DNA from: a virus | Lineage: Duplodnaviria; Caudoviricetes | Reading direction: 5' to 3' (one strand) | IMG/VR virus record: IMGVR_UViG_3300033067_001825 | Coordinates: 1 to 39,657 of that record | DNA length: 39,657 bases | Shown: one piece after another, positions 34,414 to 39,657 of the stretch | How the letters are laid out: each line of letters opens with the position of its first letter | How positions within the stretch are numbered: the first letter of the stretch is position 1 | Position numbers and translations under genes: made by a program | The notes under the pieces: generated by a model | Database searches by the model: none | Told to the model about the DNA's origin: nothing | The model's input: only the letters and a program-made list of their open reading frames with translations

Positions 34414-34638
34414 ATGAAGCTGGCGGACTGGATCGCGAAGCAGCCGCGCGGAACCGTGCGGCGCTTGGCTGCGCGTGAGGGCGTGCGTGAGGCGACGTTC
34501 TACGAGGCGGCGCGCCACGGTCTCAAGAGACTCGACGTAGCAAAGCGCCTGAGTGCCGTGACGGGCGGCGCGGTGTCGGTCGCGGAGCTGATGGGGCTGT
34601 CGGCCGAGGACATGCCGCGGCGCGGAAGGGCAGCGTGA
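34414..34638 (+). CDS. cro: Cro-like protein
   Basis: MKLADWI...RLAAREGVREATFY...LSAVTGGAVSVAEL (YdaS/Cro pattern). Confidence 0.85.
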   Translation: MKLADWIAKQPRGTVRRLAAREGVREATFYEAARHGLKRLDVAKRLSAVTGGAVSVAELMGLSAEDMPRRGRAA

Positions 34639-34805
34639 TGTCCGCGCCCACGCCGCTGCGCTCGCTCTGGCGCTTCGTTCTTCTGCTCAGTGCCATCGTC
34701 TTGGCCGGGCTGATCGTGGCGTTGCTCGCTCTTCTCCACGCGCTGTGGGTGACGGTGACTCGTCCGCTCATCGCGCTGTCTGACCTGTTCATGACCCGAT
34801 CCTGA
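34638..34805 (+). CDS. Small membrane protein (55 aa)
   Basis: TGATG-coupled; MSAPTPLRSLWRFVLLLSAIVLAGLIVALLALLHALW... Confidence 0.55.
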   Translation: MSAPTPLRSLWRFVLLLSAIVLAGLIVALLALLHALWVTVTRPLIALSDLFMTRS

Positions 34806-34836
34806 CCCGCATTCGCCGACCTGAGGAGGTGCTCCG

Positions 34837-35358
34837 ATGACTGTCCAGACCACTGCACACGTGCCCCCTGCCGCGTATCGGGCCACCCTCGACGCGACGA
34901 TTCGCAGGGTCGCGCGCGTGGCCTTCGAGGCGTGCGACCCCACCGCGCGCGGCGTGATGGCCACTGCGCTGGGCATCGCGCGTCAGCGCGTGGATGAGTG
35001 GCTGGCTCCCGACGGGCGCAAGCGCTTGAGTGCCTCCGACCTGTGCGTGGCGCCGCTGCCGGTGCGTCGCGCTGTCTGCGAGGAGGTGATGGGGCCTGGC
35101 TACGTGATCGCCGATCTGCCCACTGCCGACGTGGATGTGACGCACATGCGCTCGCTGGCCGACTCGGTGACCTCGCACGCCGCCGCGATCGCGGCCTACG
35201 CGCGGGCCGTGGCTGACTCGACCATCACTCCGGCCGAGGGCCGCGAGATCGAGGCGCGCTGCCGGCTGGCGATGCGCGACCTGGCCACGATGGAGGCTGC
35301 TGGTCGTGCGGCTGCGCGCGTCGCGCCGGTGTCGCCGCTGCGGAAGGTGGGGGCGTGA
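34837..35358 (+). CDS. CII-like regulatory protein
   Basis: HTH MATALGIARQRVDEWL and ARAVADSTITPAEGREI (phage 186 CII/CP76-like C-terminus); GAGGAGG RBS. Confidence 0.7.
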   Translation: MTVQTTAHVPPAAYRATLDATIRRVARVAFEACDPTARGVMATALGIARQRVDEWLAPDGRKRLSASDLCVAPLPVRRAVCEEVMGPGYVIADLPTADVDVTHMRSLADSVTSHAAAIAAYARAVADSTITPAEGREIEARCRLAMRDLATMEAAGRAAARVAPVSPLRKVGA

Positions 35359-35453
35359 CTGTGTGGGCTGCTGCCGCTCTCGTGTGGAGTGGCTTTCTGC
35401 TGGGCGTTGGCGTCGCGACTCACGCGGCGTGGTCGGCGGTGGAGGAGCGGTGA
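35355..35453 (+). CDS. Small membrane peptide (32 aa)
   Basis: GTGA-coupled on both ends; MTVWAAAALVWSGFLLGVGVA... Confidence 0.45.
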   Translation: MTVWAAAALVWSGFLLGVGVATHAAWSAVEER

Positions 35454-36175
35454 CGCGTCTCCTCGACGAGCGCGGCGCCGAGGTCTGGCACTGCGACTGG
35501 CGCGGGCTGCTGGAGCGTGCGCGCGAGCTGGGCGGAGTCGACGCGTTGATCTTCGATGCGCCGTACTCCGAGCGCACGCACGACGGGCACGACGTCGAGT
35601 CACGCGACGGCGCCGAGCGGAGGGAGCTCGATTACCCGCCGTTCACCGAGGCGGACGTTCGCGCGTTCGTGCAGACGTGGGCGCCGCTCACGCGCGGGTG
35701 GATCGTCTCGATCACAGATCACGTTCTCGCGCCCGTGTGGGCCTCCGCCCTCGCCGGCGTCGGGCGCTACGTGTTCCCGCACCTCCCGATGATCGAGCAC
35801 GGTGGGACCGTGCGCCTCACCGGCGACGGCCCGTCTCCCGTCTCCGTGTTCGGCGTCGTCGCGCGCCCGCGCTCGAGGGAGTTCTCGCGTTGGGGAACGC
35901 TGCCGGGCTTCTACACGGTGCCTCGCGAGCGGAAGCCCGTGGTCGGCGGCAAGCCGATCGCGATGATGCGCGCGATCGTGCGCGACTACTCGCGCCCCGG
36001 CGACCTCGTGTGCGACCCGACGTGCGGCGCGGGCACGACCGGCCTCGCCGCGATCATGGAAGGCCGCCGCGCGCTGCTGGGGGACGCGATGGAGGAGCAC
36101 GCGCGCCTTGCAGCCGATCGGCTGCGCGCTGCGCCTGGCGAGACGAAGGCAGGGCAGCTCGCCCTGCTGGGATGA
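35450..36175 (+). CDS. DNA N6-adenine/N4-cytosine methyltransferase (beta class)
   Basis: FDAPY (motif IV variant) precedes KP..MMRAIV..YS.PGDLVCDPTCGAGTT (motif I); GGAGGAG RBS. Confidence 0.85.
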   Translation: MTRLLDERGAEVWHCDWRGLLERARELGGVDALIFDAPYSERTHDGHDVESRDGAERRELDYPPFTEADVRAFVQTWAPLTRGWIVSITDHVLAPVWASALAGVGRYVFPHLPMIEHGGTVRLTGDGPSPVSVFGVVARPRSREFSRWGTLPGFYTVPRERKPVVGGKPIAMMRAIVRDYSRPGDLVCDPTCGAGTTGLAAIMEGRRALLGDAMEEHARLAADRLRAAPGETKAGQLALLG

Positions 36176-36185
36176 GGGAGAGCGC

Positions 36186-36392
36186 ATGACGAAGGCACAC
36201 GGCGGCAGAGCGAAGAAGAGTCCGAGCGCGGAGCGCATCCAGCAGGCACGCGAGGTCGCTCTCGCGCGGCTGCGCGGCGAGGTCGCCAGCATGCCGCCGC
36301 AGGCCAAGCGCAACGGCCCAGCGCCGCGCGGCATGTACGGTCGCAGCGAGCGCGCCACGAGCACCAGGACGAAAGCGGGGGCGCCGCTGTGA
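36186..36392 (+). CDS. Small basic hypothetical protein
   Basis: GGGAG RBS; coupled to next ORF. Confidence 0.5.
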   Translation: MTKAHGGRAKKSPSAERIQQAREVALARLRGEVASMPPQAKRNGPAPRGMYGRSERATSTRTKAGAPL

Positions 36393-36631
36393 TGCTCGAC
36401 GCTGACCAGGTGCGCGATCTGCTCGCTGCGGCGTCAGTGCGCAGCGCGTGCGCAGAGGACCGCGCGAGGCTCGAGGAGGCGCTCCGCAGCGGCGTCATGC
36501 GCTACGGTAAACACAGCGAGCGGGCCGCGATGCGGCACGAGGAGCGCCAGCGCCGTCAGCGGGACAAGTGGCGCCGTAGCGCCCAGCAGCGCCGAGACAA
36601 GGCCAAGGCCGAGCGAGAGGGCAGGGCGTGA
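36389..36631 (+). CDS. Hypothetical protein, basic helical C-terminus
   Basis: Coupled ORF. Confidence 0.55.
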   Translation: MMLDADQVRDLLAAASVRSACAEDRARLEEALRSGVMRYGKHSERAAMRHEERQRRQRDKWRRSAQQRRDKAKAEREGRA

Positions 36632-37083
36632 CCGCGCTCGCCTTCACTGTCCCCGGCAACCTCGTGCCGTGGGCGCGGGCTCGACGTGGGCGCAACTGCG
36701 CGACGTTCAACGACCCGCGTGTCGAGGCCTACAAGACCACCGTGCGCACCTACGCGCTCGCAGCGCGCCAGCGGGCCAAGCGCGCGGGCATCACGTGGGC
36801 GCTCGACGCAACCTACCAGGTGCAGGTGGTCGCGTTCCGCTCGACGGCACAGCGCTTCGATCCCGACCGCGCTCTCTCGTCCATCTGTGACGCCCTCGTG
36901 GGCGTCCTCTACGTGGACGACCAGCGCAAGTACCTCCGGTCAGCGCAGATTTGGGTGGGGCCGATCAGCAAGGAGAACCCGCGCACGGTCGTGATCGTGC
37001 GCGGGTTCCATGCCGGAGACCTAGACCGCGCGGCCGAGATCCTCGAGCGCAAGGCCGTGCGCATCGGCGTGGGGGCTGCATGA
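36628..37083 (+). CDS. rusA: RusA-like Holliday junction resolvase
   Basis: FTVPGNLVPWARAR, FDPDRALSSICDALVGVLYVDDQ, ENPRTVV. Confidence 0.8.
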   Translation: MTALAFTVPGNLVPWARARRGRNCATFNDPRVEAYKTTVRTYALAARQRAKRAGITWALDATYQVQVVAFRSTAQRFDPDRALSSICDALVGVLYVDDQRKYLRSAQIWVGPISKENPRTVVIVRGFHAGDLDRAAEILERKAVRIGVGAA

Positions 37084-37340
37084 CGCCCGCAGAGCAGCGC
37101 GAGCTCGCAGAGGCGCCCGAGACGTGGCGCGCGTGGTGGCTCTGCCGTGGCCGCCTCGTGGTGCTGCCTGACGGCTCCTACGACCTCGCGCCCGAGCACG
37201 AGCTCTTCGCCGTGCGCCGGCCCGCGCAGGCCGCGCCGAGAACCGTCGAGGACGCTCGGCGCCTGCGCGGCTCGCAGGACTACTCGACGCTCCACCTGGG
37301 GCGCGGGACGCGCTGGATCAAGCCGAAGGGGAAGCCATGA
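37080..37340 (+). CDS. Hypothetical protein
   Basis: ATGA-coupled ORF. Confidence 0.55.
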   Translation: MTPAEQRELAEAPETWRAWWLCRGRLVVLPDGSYDLAPEHELFAVRRPAQAAPRTVEDARRLRGSQDYSTLHLGRGTRWIKPKGKP

Positions 37341-37855
37341 CCGCGATCCTCTCTCCGTGCGGCACCTATCGCTACCGGCTGTCGCGTCACGTGCCGATCC
37401 TCGATCCGCTCGGCGCTCGTGCGTTGTTCGTCATGCTGAATCCGAGCACGGCCGACGCGATGGTCGACGACCCCACGATCCGGCGGTGCCTCGGGTTCGT
37501 GCGCTACTGGCGGATCGCTCGTCTCGACGTCGTGAACCTCTACGGGCTCCGGGCGACTGATCCGAGCGAGCTCGAGCGCCACGTCGATCCCATCGGTCCC
37601 GAGAACGATCGGCACATCCGCGAGGCCATGATCGAGACGGCGCGAGAGAGCGGCCCGATCGTCGTCGCGTGGGGGGCGATGGCGCCTGCACGAGCGCGGC
37701 GGGTGATCGAGATCGCCGACTCGCTCGGAACGTCGCTCGCGTGCCTCGCCACGACGAAGGAAGGGCAGCCGCGACACCCGCTGTATCTGCCCCGAAGCGC
37801 CGATCTTGCGAGGTGGCCTTCGATCGCCTCGTCACGAATGGAGTCGCAGGGATGA
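37337..37855 (+). CDS. DUF1643 family protein
   Basis: SPCGTYRYRL, FVMLNPSTAD..DDPTIRRC, VVAWG, PRHPLY. Confidence 0.9.
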   Translation: MTAILSPCGTYRYRLSRHVPILDPLGARALFVMLNPSTADAMVDDPTIRRCLGFVRYWRIARLDVVNLYGLRATDPSELERHVDPIGPENDRHIREAMIETARESGPIVVAWGAMAPARARRVIEIADSLGTSLACLATTKEGQPRHPLYLPRSADLARWPSIASSRMESQG

Positions 37856-37953
37856 CGTGGTTTAAGGTCGACTACGGCTTCGCGCCTGTCGAGGTGCTCG
37901 AGGTGCGGCGCACGCCCAAGCAGGGCCAGCGGCACGTGCGGAGGGTGCGATGA
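37852..37953 (+). pseudogene. Short ORF resembling the N-terminus of a replication initiator (remnant)
   Basis: MTWFKVDYGF resembles the WFKVDD start of phage replisome organisers. Confidence 0.45.
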
Positions 37954-38846
37954 GCAGGACGAAGGACAGATACGCCCGCATCGCCGGGAAGTTCTGGCGC
38001 CACCCCAAGGTTCTCGGGCTCAGCGACCGCGCCCTCGCGCTATGGACGCGAGCCCTGTCATTCTCTGCCGACCAGATGACCGACGGCGCCGTGTCTCGCG
38101 CGCTGCTCAAGACGCTCGGCCAGCGCGACACGAAGGCCGCTGACGAGCTTGTGGCCGCCGGACTGTGGGAGCGCGTCGACGGCGGCGGCTACGTGTTCCA
38201 CGACTACGCTGACCACAACGTCACCGCCGACGCGTGGGAGAAACACAAGCAGCGCAAGGCCCAAGACCAGCGCAACTCGCGCGCGAGACGAGACCAGAAA
38301 GACCCCGCGTCACCGTCGTTGTCACCGGTGACAGAGCAGGTGACTGACCAGCCTGTTACCAGGCTACCTCTAGACGCCAGGACGCCAGGACGCCAGGACG
38401 CCAAGACTCTCTCAGAGAGAGATCACTCGCGAGGTGATCTCCCACAGGTCGCGCGCGCGCGCGTTGAGCCCGCCGATTCGCGCGAGTGGGGCCTCGTGAT
38501 CGGGCGCTTCGGCGAGGCGTGGACGGCGAAGACCGGGGACGCCTGGATGGGCGTAGGGCAGCACGGATCCAGGGCCGCCAAGGTCGCGCGCATGGTCGCC
38601 GAACGGCCCGACGGCGAAGCATGGCTTGCCGCCAGCATCGCCGGGTTCTTCGCCAGCGACGACCCGTTCGTCGCCAAGACCCGTTGGAGCTTCGCTACGT
38701 GGAGCCACGACCCCGGCCGCTACGTGCCCGCCCGCGTCGAGCCGACTGCCGCGCCGCGGTTCGAGGTGCTGCGCTCGGCGGGTGGCCTGAGCGACGACGA
38801 AGCACGCGAGACCGAGACCCTCATGCGCAACCTGATGGGAGGCTGA
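37950..38846 (+). CDS. Replication initiator / replisome organiser
   Basis: FWRHPKVLGLSDRALALW, TDG, ELVAAGLWE, YVFHDY; internal iteron region; precedes DnaC-like gene. Confidence 0.85.
   Translation: MSRTKDRYARIAGKFWRHPKVLGLSDRALALWTRALSFSADQMTDGAVSRALLKTLGQRDTKAADELVAAGLWERVDGGGYVFHDYADHNVTADAWEKHKQRKAQDQRNSRARRDQKDPASPSLSPVTEQVTDQPVTRLPLDARTPGRQDAKTLSERDHSRGDLPQVARARVEPADSREWGLVIGRFGEAWTAKTGDAWMGVGQHGSRAAKVARMVAERPDGEAWLAASIAGFFASDDPFVAKTRWSFATWSHDPGRYVPARVEPTAAPRFEVLRSAGGLSDDEARETETLMRNLMGG
38308..38420. repeat. Putative replication origin repeats
   Basis: GTCACC/GGTGAC cluster at 38308-38360; GACGCCAG x3 + GACGCCAA at 38373-38404; TCTCTC-A-GAGAGA dyad. Confidence 0.65.
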
Positions 38847-38849
38847 CCG

Positions 38850-39617
38850 ATGGCCATGCACCACGAAGTGACCGACCGAGACCCGCTGCCGATTCGCTCA
38901 CTCGCCAGCCACGCTGCGGCCAAGCTCCGCGACATCGCGATCGCCGCCATCGCGCGTGACGAGGGTTGCTCGCTCGAGGAGGCCGCTCAGCGCCTCGACG
39001 GGACACCCACCATCGACGACGCCGAGACTCCCGAGCAGGTCGCAGAGCGGCGCCGACAGGCCGAGTGCAAGCGCATCGAGGCGCGTCTACGCGAGCTCGC
39101 GATGCCCGTGCGAGGCGAGATGCTACCCGCCATCGCCGCGGGCAAGGTCCGGCCTACCGAGGCCACGCGCCACGTCTCGCGATGGCTCGCCTCGCCTCAC
39201 CGCGTGCTCGTGTTGGTGGGTGACATGGGCGTGGGCAAGACCATCGCGAGCGCCCTCGGCGTAGCCGCATGGGTGCGCAGGCGCAAGACCGTCGCGTACC
39301 TGCGCGAGCCCGCTCTCGTGCGCTGGTGGCACTCGACCACGCTGGCCCACGAGCAGCGCGTGGAGGCGCTCAGGTCGGCCGACATGCTCGTCATCGATGA
39401 GCTGGGCACAAGCGCCACGCGCGACGCCGAGAAGGCGCGCGACGCCATCTTCGGCATGCTCGATGACCGCATCGGCCTAGAGCGCAGGACGATGCTCATC
39501 GGCAACCTCACGCCCGACGACCTCACGGTGCGCTACGGCGCGCGATTCGGAGACCGGTTGGCCGAGGTGGCCACTGTCGCGCACGTCGTAGGGCCGAGCA
39601 TGAGGGGGCAGCGGTGA
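38850..39617 (+). CDS. DnaC/IstB-like helicase loader ATPase
   Basis: GDMGVGKT Walker A, MLVIDELG Walker B, RYGARFGDRL sensor region. Confidence 0.9.
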   Translation: MAMHHEVTDRDPLPIRSLASHAAAKLRDIAIAAIARDEGCSLEEAAQRLDGTPTIDDAETPEQVAERRRQAECKRIEARLRELAMPVRGEMLPAIAAGKVRPTEATRHVSRWLASPHRVLVLVGDMGVGKTIASALGVAAWVRRRKTVAYLREPALVRWWHSTTLAHEQRVEALRSADMLVIDELGTSATRDAEKARDAIFGMLDDRIGLERRTMLIGNLTPDDLTVRYGARFGDRLAEVATVAHVVGPSMRGQR

Positions 39618-39657
39618 GGCGCGCGCAGATCATCAAGGGTGGGGGGGTACCCGCGGG

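Overview
The window looks like the complete or near-complete genome (~39.7 kb, very GC-rich) of a temperate tailed phage in its non-integrated form. The rightward late arm (30-24994) carries TerS/TerL, a Mu-like head module (gp29/DUF935-like portal, gpI-like protease/scaffold, decoration protein, gpT-like capsid), a non-contractile tail with a -1 frameshift chaperone, tail-tip and receptor-binding candidates, lysis candidates, and a GNAT + metallophosphoesterase + dATP/dGTP-diphosphohydrolase-like cassette. The leftward early arm (25021-34302) carries many small coupled ORFs, an intact attP (3' half of tRNA-Gly-CCC with arm repeats), a tyrosine integrase, Xis, RecT/YqaJ, a Gly-Tyr repeat protein and a repressor. 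The rightward early arm (34414-39617) carries Cro, a CII-like protein, a DNA methyltransferase, RusA, DUF1643, an initiator with ori repeats and a DnaC-like loader. The most striking patterns are: (1) a 29-bp element found three times, which resolves into a palindromic activator site plus -35/N17/-10 boxes with a start codon at +1, i.e. a leaderless late-promoter regulon; (2) an apparently circularly permuted SGNH esterase in a tail-associated protein; (3) a membrane protein with an internal lipoprotein signal in the lysis region. Family assignments come from motif recognition by eye, not database searches. A Myxococcota host is only an inference.
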